DNA from: Bacteroidales bacterium
GTDB taxonomy: Bacteria > Bacteroidota > Bacteroidia > Bacteroidales > F082
Reading direction: 5' to 3'
NCBI GenBank assembly: GCA_017539045.1
Contig: JAFYHS010000012.1
Location: 109,124 to 173,123, forward strand
Length of the DNA stretch: 64,000 nt
This document shows positions 46,005-56,600 of this stretch, piece by piece. Within the stretch, counting starts at the first letter, position 1; the number at the start of each line of letters is the position of its first letter. A program made the translations under genes and the position numbers. The notes beneath the pieces were generated by a model, which was not told where the DNA came from, ran no database searches, and was given only the letters and a program-made list of their open reading frames with translations.

Positions 46005-47407
46005 TGATCAAAAAACGCATCTACCTCTGCCTCGCTCATATGAGCGACGCAGGCCTCGAACAGAAATATATACAAGAGGCCTTCGACACCAACTGGGTGG
46101 TGCCGCTGGGACCCAATGTCAATGGGTTTGAAAAGGACCTGGAGTCCTTTGTGAATGAGATTAAGGTCCCTGAGCTTGTCGAAGGGCCGACCTTCAATGA
46201 CGGCATTTCGACAGGCTCAACGACCTGCTTAAACAAACGTGTTGTTGCTCTCTCCGCCGGCACGGCGGCCATCCATCTCGCCTTAATCGCCTGCGGCGTG
46301 GGCCCTGGCGACGAGGTCATCGTGCAGTCGTTCACCTTCTGCGCCTCGTCCAACCCTATCACCTACCTCGGCGCGACCCCCGTCTTCGTCGACAGCGAGA
46401 AGGACTCGTGGAACATCGACCCCGAGCTGATGGAAGAGGCCATCCGCGACCGCATCGCCAAGACGGGCCGTAAGCCCAAGGCCATCGTGCCCGTGGCGCT
46501 CTATGGCATGCCTTACGACATCGACCGTATCATGGAGATTGCCAACCGCTACGACATCCCCGTCATCGAAGACGCCGCCGAAGGCTTCGGCAGCCGCTGG
46601 AAGGGACAGGTGCTGGGCACCTTCGGCCGTTATGGCGTACTCTCCTTCAACGGTAACAAGATGATCACCACCTCGGGTGGCGGCGCACTCATCTGCCCCG
46701 ACACACAGGCTTGGCAGCGCATCATGTGGCTGGCCACACAAGCCCGCGAGGCCTACCCTTATTACCAACATGAGGCCATTGGCTACAACTACCGCATGTC
46801 GAACATCTGCGCCGGCATCGGCCGTGGACAGATGACCGTCGCCAATGACCATATCAACCACCACAAGCATGTGCAGAAGATGTATGAGGAGCTGCTGGCT
46901 GGTGTGCTGGGCATACATGTCCACTCGCAGCCTTGTTCCCTTTACGACCGTCATGCCGGACTTGATCCGGCATCTCATGAGATTGCGGGTCAAGCCCGCA
47001 ATGACGGTATGCAGGGTGAGAAGTACGACAGTAACTATTGGTTATGCACCATCACCCTCGACCCAAGCCTGCACGTCAAAGGACAAGAAAACGCCTATAA
47101 GACCGTTATACAAGGTGCGGTAGGTGGTGCGGCAGGCGTGGTTCATGCCAGCAAGAGCGCCCACACCGACTGCGAGCCCAACGCCAACGTGGAGGCCTTG
47201 CGCGTCATCCTCGACCAGGCGGGCATCGAGGCAAGGCCCTTATGGAAGCCCATGCATAAACAGCCCGTCTATAAAGACGCTCCTGCCTATGTCAACGGCG
47301 TCAGCGAAAGCCTCTTCAAGGTAGGCATGTGCCTGCCCAGTGGCCCCTGTGTCAGCGACGAGGACGTGGACTATATCGTAACGTGTATCAAAAACGCTAT
47401 CATCTAA
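46004..47407 (+). CDS. DegT/DnrJ/EryC1-family sugar aminotransferase (PglE/WcfR-like) carrying two in-frame repeat-derived insertions
   Basis: EQKYIQEAFDTNWVVPLGPNV...ALSAGTAAIHLAL...SFNGNKMITTSGGGAL (PLP Lys)...YNYRMSNI...RPLWKPMHKQPVY. At 467 aa it is about 90 aa longer than family members I recall. Confidence 0.9.
   Translation: MIKKRIYLCLAHMSDAGLEQKYIQEAFDTNWVVPLGPNVNGFEKDLESFVNEIKVPELVEGPTFNDGISTGSTTCLNKRVVALSAGTAAIHLALIACGVGPGDEVIVQSFTFCASSNPITYLGATPVFVDSEKDSWNIDPELMEEAIRDRIAKTGRKPKAIVPVALYGMPYDIDRIMEIANRYDIPVIEDAAEGFGSRWKGQVLGTFGRYGVLSFNGNKMITTSGGGALICPDTQAWQRIMWLATQAREAYPYYQHEAIGYNYRMSNICAGIGRGQMTVANDHINHHKHVQKMYEELLAGVLGIHVHSQPCSLYDRHAGLDPASHEIAGQARNDGMQGEKYDSNYWLCTITLDPSLHVKGQENAYKTVIQGAVGGAAGVVHASKSAHTDCEPNANVEALRVILDQAGIEARPLWKPMHKQPVYKDAPAYVNGVSESLFKVGMCLPSGPCVSDEDVDYIVTCIKNAII
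46165..46225 (+). repeat. Palindromic repeat family B, copy B3 (inside the aminotransferase gene)
   Basis: ggtccctgagcttgtcgaagggccgacc-ttcaatga-cggcatttcgacaggctcaacgacc. Confidence 0.8.
46950..47005. repeat. Composite of two family A-like hairpins in opposite orientation, located inside the aminotransferase CDS
   Basis: gtcatgccggacttgatccggcatc + tcatga + gattgcgggtcaagcccgcaatgac. Translated in frame as RHAGLDPASHEIAGQARNDG. Confidence 0.8.
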
Positions 47408-47418
47408 ACAGCATCATT

Positions 47419-48447
47419 ATGAACAACCATGTAGTGATTATGGCCGGCGGCATAGGAAGCCGTTTCTGGCCGTTGAGCACACCTGAATATCCCAAACAGT
47501 TTATCGACATCCTGGGTTGTGGCCGCACGCTGATACAGCTGACGGTCGACCGCTTCGAAGGTCTCTGTCCCATGGACAACTTCTGGGTGGTGACCAACGC
47601 CGCCTATGTCGACATCGTGCGCCGACAGATTCCTTCCATCCCTGAGAGCCATATCCTGGCCGAGCCGGCAGCACGCAACACCGCGCCTTGCATCGCTTGG
47701 GCCTGCTGGCGCATCAAGGCGGAAGACTCCGACGCCAATGTGGTGGTGACGCCTGCCGACGCCGTAGTGATGAACCCCGTGGAGTTTAGGAGGGTGATGC
47801 GTAATGCCTTGGCCTTCACCGAGAATCACGACGCCATCGTCACGATAGGCATCAAGCCGTCGAGACCCGAGACGGGTTATGGCTACGTGGAAGCCGCGGA
47901 ACCCGTAGAAAACGAGATCCGTAAGGTGGCCGCCTTCAAGGAGAAGCCACAACGCGAGGTGGCTGAGCGTTACCTCGCTGCGGGCAACTACCTCTGGAAT
48001 GCCGGCATCTTCGTTTGGAATGTGGCTACCATCACCGAAGCCATCCGTACTTATAAGCCCAACATCGCTGCCGATATGGAACGCATGAGGACCGCTGCCG
48101 ATGTGCTGAGCATCTTCCCGCAGTGCGAGAAGATCAGCATCGACTTCGCCGTCATGGAACCCGCAGCTGCCGATGGCAAGGTCTATACCCACCCCGCCGA
48201 CTTCGGCTGGAGCGACCTCGGCAACTGGGCCTCGCTCTACGACAAGCTTGAGCACGATGCCGATGGCAACGGCATCGTCGGCAACGTCCATCTCTATGAA
48301 TGCCATAACTGCGTCGTCCATGCCGAAGACGCAACGAAAGTCGTCCTTCAAGGCCTCGACGATTACATCGTCTCGACCAAAGATGGCCGTATCTTGGTAT
48401 GTAAGCGTAGCGAGGAGCAGAGGATAAAAACATTCTCGGGTCAATAA
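47419..48447 (+). CDS. Mannose-1-phosphate guanylyltransferase
   Basis: MNNHVVIMAGGIGSRFWPLSTPEYPKQF...EPAARNTAPCIAWA...ETGYGYV. The track start at 47329 would overlap the aminotransferase gene by 79 nt. Confidence 0.85.
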   Translation: MNNHVVIMAGGIGSRFWPLSTPEYPKQFIDILGCGRTLIQLTVDRFEGLCPMDNFWVVTNAAYVDIVRRQIPSIPESHILAEPAARNTAPCIAWACWRIKAEDSDANVVVTPADAVVMNPVEFRRVMRNALAFTENHDAIVTIGIKPSRPETGYGYVEAAEPVENEIRKVAAFKEKPQREVAERYLAAGNYLWNAGIFVWNVATITEAIRTYKPNIAADMERMRTAADVLSIFPQCEKISIDFAVMEPAAADGKVYTHPADFGWSDLGNWASLYDKLEHDADGNGIVGNVHLYECHNCVVHAEDATKVVLQGLDDYIVSTKDGRILVCKRSEEQRIKTFSGQ

Positions 48448-48481
48448 TCCACTTTTTCTCTTGCCCAATCGCTTTATTTGT

Positions 48482-48489
48482 TATTTTTG
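48482..48489 (+). promoter_or_regulatory. Candidate -7 box (TATTTTTG) for mutAB
   Basis: Matches TAnnTTTG, followed by CA, 52 nt upstream of the ATG at 48541. Confidence 0.45.
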
Positions 48490-48540
48490 CAAATTGATTG
48501 AATATTTTAGCAATTCAAGAATATCAATAAATACAACAAC

Positions 48541-50391
48541 ATGGAAGAAAAGAAAAGACTCTTTGAGGAATTTCCTCCCGTGAGCACCCAGGAATGGGAA
48601 GCCGTCATCGAGAAGGACCTCAAAGGCGCTGACTACAACAAAAAGCTGGTTTGGCGTACGGCCGAAGGCTTCAACGTGAGGCCTTACTACCGTGCCGAGA
48701 ACCTGGCGGACATCCCTTGGACGGGCATGGCTCCCAACCAATTCCCCTATGTCCGCGGCAACAAACCCGAAGGCAACAACTGGCTCATCCGTCAGGACAT
48801 CACCGTGAAGGACGTGCATGAGGCCAACAAGATCGCCCTCAACGCCATCAGCCGCGGCGCCAACAGCATCGGCTTCAAGTTGGAGTACGACAAGCCTTAC
48901 GACACCATCGCCATCTCGACGCTGCTCAACGGCATCGACCAGAAGGCTGTGGAGATCAACTTCTACAACAACAAGTACCACTTGCCGATCCTCGAGATGC
49001 TCTCGAAGATCCCGGACATCAAGGGTTCGTTGAACTACGACCCGCTGACGCGTTATCTGCGTCGTGGTGTGTGGTATATCAACGAGGGTGCCGACATGGA
49101 ACTGGGCTACATCATGGTGAAAGCCGAGATGCCTGGCTTCGACACCATCGGCGTCAACGGCCACGTATTCACCAACGCCGGTGCCACCATCGTGCAGGAG
49201 ATGGCCTTCAGCCTCGCCGTGGGTGCCGAATATCTCGACAAACTCACCGAGAAAGGCCTGACCATCGACGAGATTGCACCCAAGATGCGCTTCAACATCG
49301 CTGTGGGTCAGAACTACTTCATGGAGCTGGCTAAGATGCGTGCCTATCGTCTGCTGTGGGCCAACATCGTGAAGGCCTACGGCGGCAAGGAAGAGAATGC
49401 CAAGATGCACATCCACGCCACCAACGCCGAACTCGGCATGAGCCTCTACGACGCTTACGTCAACATGCTGCGCACCACCACGGGCACGATGTCAGCCGTC
49501 CTCGGTGGCGTCGACTCGTTCACCGTGATGCCGTTCGACACGCCGTTTGAGATCCCCACCGACTTCGCCGACCGTATCGCACGCAACCAACAGCTCGTCC
49601 TCAAGGAAGAGGCCCACTTCGACAAGGTGGCCGACCCCGCCGCAGGTTCTTACTACATCGAGAACCTCACAGAGAGCCTGGCCGTGGCCGCTTGGGACCT
49701 GTTCAACAAGATCCAAGACGAAGGCGGCTATCTCGCAGCCGTCCGCAAGGGCATGATCCAAGGCCTCATCAAGGAGAGCGCTGCCAAGAAGTTCAGCAAC
49801 GTGGCTACCCGCCGCGAGACCATCCTGGGCACCAACCAGTTCCCGAACTTCACCGAGACGATGAAGTTCACGCCCGAGGCTTGGGTCTTCGAAGCCGACG
49901 ACCGCCGCGATGCCAATGCCGAGGTCGAGACCATCGTCACCTTCCGCGCTGCCCAGCAGTTCGAGAAGCTGCGTTTCGCCACTGACGTCTATGCCCAAGA
50001 CCACAAGCGTCCTGTGGCTTGGATGTTCACCTACGGCAACCTCGCCATGCGTAAGGCCCGTGCCAACTTCGCGTCTAACTTCTTCGCCTGCGCCGGCTTC
50101 CAAGTCGTCGACAACCCAGGCTTCAAGACCTTGGACGAAGGCATCGCCGCCGCCCGCGAAGTGAAGCCCGAGATCCTGGTCATCTGCTCTTCCGACGAGG
50201 AATATGGCGAAGGCAACGCCCTTAAGATCTACGAGGAGTTGAAGAACGAAACCATCGTGGTGCTTGCCGGTAACCCCGAAGGCACCATCGACATCCTCAA
50301 AGAAGCTGGCCTGAAGTATTTCATCCACGTCAAGAGCAACGTGCTTGATACCTTAACGGAATTCCAAAAGCAATTAGGTATAACGAAATAA
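48541..50391 (+). CDS. mutA: Methylmalonyl-CoA mutase small (beta) subunit
   Basis: 616 aa. The N-terminus (FPPVSTQEWEAVIEKDLKGADYNKKLVWRTAEGFNVRPYY) and its position immediately upstream of the large subunit fit MutA. Confidence 0.85.
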   Translation: MEEKKRLFEEFPPVSTQEWEAVIEKDLKGADYNKKLVWRTAEGFNVRPYYRAENLADIPWTGMAPNQFPYVRGNKPEGNNWLIRQDITVKDVHEANKIALNAISRGANSIGFKLEYDKPYDTIAISTLLNGIDQKAVEINFYNNKYHLPILEMLSKIPDIKGSLNYDPLTRYLRRGVWYINEGADMELGYIMVKAEMPGFDTIGVNGHVFTNAGATIVQEMAFSLAVGAEYLDKLTEKGLTIDEIAPKMRFNIAVGQNYFMELAKMRAYRLLWANIVKAYGGKEENAKMHIHATNAELGMSLYDAYVNMLRTTTGTMSAVLGGVDSFTVMPFDTPFEIPTDFADRIARNQQLVLKEEAHFDKVADPAAGSYYIENLTESLAVAAWDLFNKIQDEGGYLAAVRKGMIQGLIKESAAKKFSNVATRRETILGTNQFPNFTETMKFTPEAWVFEADDRRDANAEVETIVTFRAAQQFEKLRFATDVYAQDHKRPVAWMFTYGNLAMRKARANFASNFFACAGFQVVDNPGFKTLDEGIAAAREVKPEILVICSSDEEYGEGNALKIYEELKNETIVVLAGNPEGTIDILKEAGLKYFIHVKSNVLDTLTEFQKQLGITK

Positions 50392-50406
50392 GAAAGGAGC
50401 ATCACA

Positions 50407-52542
50407 ATGAAACCCAATTTTAAAGATATCAACATCAACGCTATACCTAAGAACAACGGCATCATCCTGCCGAACGGCGAGCTTTGGGAGACCCACGAAC
50501 ACATCATGGTGAAGCCTGCCTATACCGAGAAAGACCTCGAAGGCATGGAACACCTCAACTACGCCGCTGGTATCGCTCCCTTCCTCCGTGGACCTTACTC
50601 GACGATGTATGTGATGCGTCCTTGGACCATCCGTCAGTACGCCGGTTTCTCCACTGCTGAAGAATCCAACGCCTTCTACCGCCGTAACATCGCGGCAGGT
50701 CAGAAAGGTCTGTCCGTGGCCTTCGACTTGGCCACCCACCGTGGCTACGACGCCGACCACGAGCGCGTCATGGGCGACGTGGGTAAGGCTGGCGTGAGCA
50801 TCTGCTCCGTCGAAGACATGAAGGTCCTGTTCGACCAGATCCCGCTGAATAAGATGTCCGTCTCTATGACCATGAACGGTGCCGTGTTGCCGATCTTGGC
50901 CTTCTATATCGTCGCTGCCTTGGAGCAGGGTGCCAAGTACGAAGAGTTGCAAGGCACCATCCAGAACGATATCCTGAAGGAGTTCATGGTGCGTAACACC
51001 TATATCTATCCGCCTGAGTTCTCGATGCGCATTATCGCCGACATCTTCGAGTTTACCTCGCAGAACATGCCGAAGTTCAACAGCATCTCCATCTCGGGTT
51101 ACCACATGCAGGAAGCCGGTGCCACCTCCGACATCGAGATGGCTTATACCTTGGCCGACGGTTGGGACTACCTCCGCACCGGTGTCAAGGCTGGCTTGGA
51201 CATCGACGCCTTCGCACCGCGTCTGTCCTTCTTCTGGTGCTCGGGCATGAACCACTTCATGGAGATTGCCAAGATGCGTGCCGCCCGTATGCTGTGGGCC
51301 AAGATCGTAAGCACCTTCAACCCGAAGAGCACCAAGTCATTGGCCTTGCGTACCCACACGCAGACCTCTGGCTGGAGCCTTACCGAGCAAGACCCGTTCA
51401 ACAACGTGGCCCGTACCTGCATCGAGGCTATGGGCGCCGCCTTGGGTCACACCCAGTCGCTGCATACCAACGCTTTGGACGAAGCTATCGCTCTGCCCAC
51501 CGACTTTAGCGCCCGTATCGCACGTAACACCCAGATCTACATCCAGGAAGAGACCAACGTCTGCCGCGTGGTTGACCCGTGGGCTGGTTCCTACTACGTG
51601 GAGAGCCTTACCAACGAGATTGCCCACCGCGCTTGGGGTCACATCCAGGAGGTGGAAGCTATGGGTGGTATGGCCAAAGCCATCGAGACCGGTCTGCCTA
51701 AGATGCGTATCGAGGAAGCCTCAGCCCGCAAGCAGGCCCAAATCGACTCAGGTCGCGAGACCATCGTAGGTATCAACAAGTACCGCCTCGACCACGAAGA
51801 CCCCATCGAGACCTTGGAAATCGACAACACCGCCGTGCGCGAGTCGCAAATCAAGCGTCTGAAGGAGCTCCGCGCCAACCGCAACGAGGCCGACGTGCAG
51901 CGTTGCCTCGATGCCATCACCAAGTGCGCAGAGACCCACGAGGGCAACTTGCTGGCATTGGCTATTGAAGCCGCCAAGTGCCGCGCATCCTTGGGTGAGA
52001 TTTCGATGGCATGCGAGAAGGTCGCAGGCCGTTACAAAGCAGTTATCCGTTCAATTTCAGGAGTGTATTCTATGGAAACAAAAAACGATGCAAGATTTGA
52101 GGAGGCCTGCAAGATGGCTGACGAGTTTGCCAAGTTGGAAGGTCGTCGTCCGCGTATCATGGTTGCCAAGATGGGTCAGGACGGTCACGACCGTGGCGCC
52201 AAGGTGGTCGCCACCGGTTATGCCGACATCGGCTTCGATGTCGATATGGGCCCGTTGTTCCAGACGCCCGCCGAGGCTGCCAAGCAAGCTGTGGAGAACG
52301 ACGTCCACATCATGGGCGTGAGTTCGCTGGCCGCAGGTCACAAGACCCTCGTGCCTCAGGTGATTGAAGAGTTGGAGAAACTCGGTCGTCCTGACATCAT
52401 GGTCACTGTGGGTGGCGTGATTCCCGCCCAGGACTATCAGTTCCTCTACGACGCCGGCGCTGTGGCCATCTTCGGTCCCGGTACTCCCGTCAGCGAGTCC
52501 GCTATCAAGATGCTGGAACTGCTGCTGGCTGCCAGAAAATGA
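50407..52542 (+). CDS. mutB: Methylmalonyl-CoA mutase large (alpha) subunit, B12-dependent
   Basis: [37 protein letters not shown]...[18 protein letters not shown] and the C-terminal B12-binding domain ([12 protein letters not shown], containing the DxHxxG motif). Confidence 0.95.
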   Translation: MKPNFKDININAIPKNNGIILPNGELWETHEHIMVKPAYTEKDLEGMEHLNYAAGIAPFLRGPYSTMYVMRPWTIRQYAGFSTAEESNAFYRRNIAAGQKGLSVAFDLATHRGYDADHERVMGDVGKAGVSICSVEDMKVLFDQIPLNKMSVSMTMNGAVLPILAFYIVAALEQGAKYEELQGTIQNDILKEFMVRNTYIYPPEFSMRIIADIFEFTSQNMPKFNSISISGYHMQEAGATSDIEMAYTLADGWDYLRTGVKAGLDIDAFAPRLSFFWCSGMNHFMEIAKMRAARMLWAKIVSTFNPKSTKSLALRTHTQTSGWSLTEQDPFNNVARTCIEAMGAALGHTQSLHTNALDEAIALPTDFSARIARNTQIYIQEETNVCRVVDPWAGSYYVESLTNEIAHRAWGHIQEVEAMGGMAKAIETGLPKMRIEEASARKQAQIDSGRETIVGINKYRLDHEDPIETLEIDNTAVRESQIKRLKELRANRNEADVQRCLDAITKCAETHEGNLLALAIEAAKCRASLGEISMACEKVAGRYKAVIRSISGVYSMETKNDARFEEACKMADEFAKLEGRRPRIMVAKMGQDGHDRGAKVVATGYADIGFDVDMGPLFQTPAEAAKQAVENDVHIMGVSSLAAGHKTLVPQVIEELEKLGRPDIMVTVGGVIPAQDYQFLYDAGAVAIFGPGTPVSESAIKMLELLLAARK

Positions 52543-52556
52543 GCTTAGGCTAGAAT

Positions 52557-52591
52557 GAAAAAAGGGAGCGCCAATCGCGCTCCCTTTTTTT
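52557..52591. terminator. Bidirectional terminator between mutB and lspA
   Basis: aaaaaaa-gggagcgc-caatc-gcgctccc-ttttttt. Confidence 0.8.
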
Positions 52592-52593
52592 GT

Positions 52594-53235
52594 TTATTTC
52601 AACGTCTTCAGCCATTTCCACTGGAAGATGAGCATGTAGAACACGCCGATGGTTATGGCGGCGTCAGCGAAGTTGAAGATAGGTCGGAAAAAGATGAAAT
52701 GTCCGTCAGGGCCGAAGAAGAAATCGGGTAGCCAGGTGGCGTTCTCGCGGGCCACATCGATGATGGGGAAGTAGAGCATATCGACCACGCGCCCGTGTAG
52801 CCAGCCGGCATAACCGCCGCCGTCGGGGAAGAGCGTAGCAATCTGGGTGTAGGTGCTCTCGCTGAAGATGCGGCCGTAGAACACACTGTCGATGATGTTG
52901 CCCATGGCACCCGCCGTGATGAGGGCGATGCCAAACAACACACCGAACTTGGTGTCTTTCTTCGACAAACGGATCAAAATCCAGAACAAGGCAACGATGG
53001 CAACGATTCTAAAGATGCTAAGAGCCAGCTTTAAGAAGCCGCCACCGCCCAGCCAACCGAAGGCCATGCCATTGTTCTCTATGAACAACAACTTAAACCA
53101 ATTGCCGATGACAGGGGTTTCTTGACCGAGGGCCATAGTGGTCTTCACCCAAATCTTGAGGATTTGGTCGAAGAGTAGGATGAGGAAGATCACCACAAAC
53201 GACCACCAAAGGCCGCGGTTACCCTGCTTTTTCAC
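52594..53235 (-). CDS. lspA: Lipoprotein signal peptidase II
   Basis: DQILKIWV...FIENNGMAFG...GAMGNIIDSVFYG...FNFADAAITIG motifs. I prefer the GTG at 53235, which forms a GTGA overlap with the dksA-like stop. The track TTG start at 53262 is the alternative. Confidence 0.85.
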   Translation of the reverse strand: MKKQGNRGLWWSFVVIFLILLFDQILKIWVKTTMALGQETPVIGNWFKLLFIENNGMAFGWLGGGGFLKLALSIFRIVAIVALFWILIRLSKKDTKFGVLFGIALITAGAMGNIIDSVFYGRIFSESTYTQIATLFPDGGGYAGWLHGRVVDMLYFPIIDVARENATWLPDFFFGPDGHFIFFRPIFNFADAAITIGVFYMLIFQWKWLKTLK

Positions 53236-53621
53236 TTTTTCTTTAGTTTGACGTCGAGGCAACGGGTGGTGATGGGCACGCAGCGGAGACGCTCCTTGGG
53301 GATCAATCGGCCGGTCTCACAGCAGATGCCGTAGGTCTTGTTTTCGATGCGCATCAGAGCAAGCTCCAGGTTATGGATGTACTTCTCCTGACGGGCCACC
53401 AGACGGGCGTTTTCTTCTTTCTCAGCCACAGCATAGCCTTCTTCCAAGATCTTGAAAGTGGGAGCCGTGTCGTCGGTGCTATGTTCACCGCCGGAGAGGT
53501 TGGCTTGTAAGGTCTCCAAGCTGGCTTTGGCCTGTTCGAGCTTTTCGAGAATCAGTGCTTTGAATTCCTCAAGATCTTCATCTGAGTAACGCACTTGGGG
53601 AGCTTTCTTATTGTCGTCCAT
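53232..53621 (-). CDS. DksA/TraR-family C4 zinc-finger protein
   Basis: C-terminal YGICCETGRLIPKERLRCVPITTRC (a C4 finger) after a coiled-coil N-terminal part. The ileS-dksA-lspA gene order is typical of Bacteroidales. Confidence 0.8.
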   Translation of the reverse strand: MDDNKKAPQVRYSDEDLEEFKALILEKLEQAKASLETLQANLSGGEHSTDDTAPTFKILEEGYAVAEKEENARLVARQEKYIHNLELALMRIENKTYGICCETGRLIPKERLRCVPITTRCLDVKLKKK

Positions 53622-53637
53622 AGTAATATAGGTTGGT

Positions 53638-56600
53638 TTATTTCTTTTGAATCTTCAGTTTCACATTAATGCCTTCAACGAGTTCCTCAGCCTCCACGCC
53701 CTCCAAGGCATCCACCTCGGTGATGGTGGCCAGGGTCTCGTTGCAGATGTAGTCGCCATATTTTGCCACGGCGTTGTTGATCTTATCGTTCTTCTCGATG
53801 AGCAGCTCGATGCGGTCGGTCACCTCGAAACCACCCGTCTTACGGAGGTTCTGCACGCGGTTGACAATCTCGCGGGCGAGGCCTTCCTGCATCAGCTCGT
53901 CGGTAATGGTCATGTCAAGGGCCACGGTGAGGTCGTCCTGTGAGGTGACGGCCCAACCGGGGATGTCCTGCGTCGAGATCAAGGCATCTTCGAGGGTCAG
54001 CTCGACGTCGACGCCGTCCACATTGAGGTGGGTGCCGCCGTTCTTCTCGAAGGCATGGATCTCATCTTGGCTCATATTGGTGAAGTAAGCTTGGATTTGT
54101 TTCATCTGCTTGCCGTACTTCTTGCCCAAGGTCTTGAAGTTAGGCTTCACGTTCTTCACCAGAATGTTGTTGTCGGGCGAAAGGAACTCGATTTCCTTGA
54201 TGTTGACCTCGCTCTTGATGAGGTGCGACACCTTCTCGATCTGGGCTTTCATCTCCTCGTTGGCAACGGGGATCATGATCTTCGACAGGGGCTGACGTAC
54301 GCGGATGTTGGCTTTCTTACGCAGCGAGAGCACCAGTGAAGAGATGAGCTGAGCGGCTTCCATGCGTTCCTCCAAGGCCTTGTCGATGAAAGTCTTGTTG
54401 GCTTCGGGGAAGTCGGTCAGGTGGACCGACTCGGCCTTGTTGCGGCCTGTGACGTTGTTCAGGTCGCGGTAGAGCTGTTCGCTGAAGAACGGAGCGATGG
54501 GTGAGCTGAGGCGTGCCACGGTCTCGAGGCAGGTGTAGAGGGTCTGATAGGCCGACAGCTTGTCGGTGTTATCCTCGCTCTTCCAGAAACGGCGGCGCGA
54601 GAGACGCACGTACCAGTTGCTGAGGTGAGCATCGACGAAGTCGGCGATGGCACGACCGGCACGGGTAGGCTCATAGCTCTGATAGGCATTGTCCACTTCG
54701 AGGATGAGGGAGTTGAGCTCCGAGAGGATCCAGCGGTCGATTTCGGGACGCTCCTTGATGTCGATGTCGGCTTGACTATAGTCGAACTTGTCGATGTTGG
54801 CATACAAGGCGAAGAAGGCATAGGTGTTATACAAGGTTCCGAAGAACTTACGGCGCACCTCGTCCACGCCAGCCTCGTCAAACTTCAGGTTGTCCCAAGG
54901 CTGCGAGTTGGTGATCATGTACCAACGCACGGCATCGGCACCGTATTTCTCGATGGCACCGAAGGGGTCGACGGCATTGCCCAGACGTTTCGACATCTTG
55001 TTGCCGTTCTTGTCGAGCACCAAGCCGTTGGAGATGACGTTCTTGTAGGCCACGCTGTCGAAGCACATCGTTGCGATGGCATGCAGGGTGAAGAACCAAC
55101 CACGGGTTTGGTCGACGCCCTCGGCGATGAAGTCGGCCGGGAATACGTCCTTGCCCAGTTGGCCTTTCTTGCCCATGTAGTGGTATTGGGCATACGGCAT
55201 GGCGCCGCTGTCGAACCACACGTCGATGAGGTCGGGTTCGCGCATCATCTTCTTTCCGCTTGCGGAGCAGAGGATGACGCCGTCGATATAAGGTCTATGC
55301 AGGTCGAACTTGGTGTAGTCGTCGCTGGCATAGGGGTTCTCTTTCATAAAGCCCGCCTTGATGGACTTCTCGATCTCGTTGCGGAGCTCTTCGACGCTGC
55401 CGATGCAGATCTCTTCCTTGCCGTCTTCGGTGCGCCAGATGGGCAGCGGCGTGCCCCAGTAACGCGAGCGCGACAGGTTCCAGTCGACGAGGTTCTCCAG
55501 CCAGTTGCCGAAACGGCCACTACCGGTGGCTTCGGGCTTCCAGTTGATGGTCTTGTTGAGTTCAATCATACGGTCTTTCAAGGCCGTGGTCTTGATGAAC
55601 CAGCTGTCGAGGGGATAGTAGAGCACGGGTTTGTCGGTGCGCCAGCAGTGCGGGTAGTTGTGCGTATGTTTCTCGCTCTTGAAGAGCTTGCCTTGTTCCT
55701 TGAGGAGCATCACGATGTCGACGTCGAGGCTCTTGTCCTTCTCGGTCTTGGTGGGGTCGTAGGCGTTCTTCACGAACTGGCCGGCGTAGGGGCGGTAGGC
55801 CTCCACGTCCATGCAGTTCTTGACGAACTCGGGGTCGAGGTCTTCGATACGGAAGAACTTACCTGTGCGGTCAACCATAGGCTGCGGCTTGCCATCCTTG
55901 TCGATCATCTGCAAGGGCGGGATGCCAGCGGCGGCGGCCACGCGCTTGTCGTCGGCGCCGAAGGTGGGTGCGATGTGGACGATACCCGTACCGTCCTCGG
56001 TGGTGACGTAGTCGCCAGGGATGATGCGGAAGGCACCTTCGCCCGGGTTGACCCAAGGAATCAGCTGTTCGTATTCGATGCCGACGAGGTCCTTACCTTT
56101 GTACTCGGCAATGACTTCGGGGGCTTCCTTGAACATCGTCTCCACCAAGGCTTTAGCCATCAGGATCTGGCAGGGCTCTTCTGTGTAAGGATGCACAGTC
56201 TTGAGCAGCACATAGTCGATATTAGGACCAACACAAAGAGCAGTGTTGCTCGGCAGAGTCCAAGGTGTGGTCGTCCACGCAATGGCGTGTGTGTCTTTCC
56301 ATTTCTCGCCTTTCAATTTGAACAAGGCAACGCAAGTCAAATCCTTCACGTCGCGATAGCAGCCGGGCATGTTCAGTTCGTGTGAGCTGAGGCCAGTGCC
56401 AGCGGCAGGCGAATAAGGTTGGATGGTATAGCCTTTATAGAGCAGGCCTTTGTTATAGAGGTCTTTCAGCAGGAACCACAAGGTCTCGATGTAGTCGTTG
56501 GTGAAGGTGATATAGGGATCGTTGAGGTTGACCCAGTAGCCCATTTTACGGGTGAGGTCGTCCCACATATCCTTGTATTTCATCACCTCTTCACGGCAGG

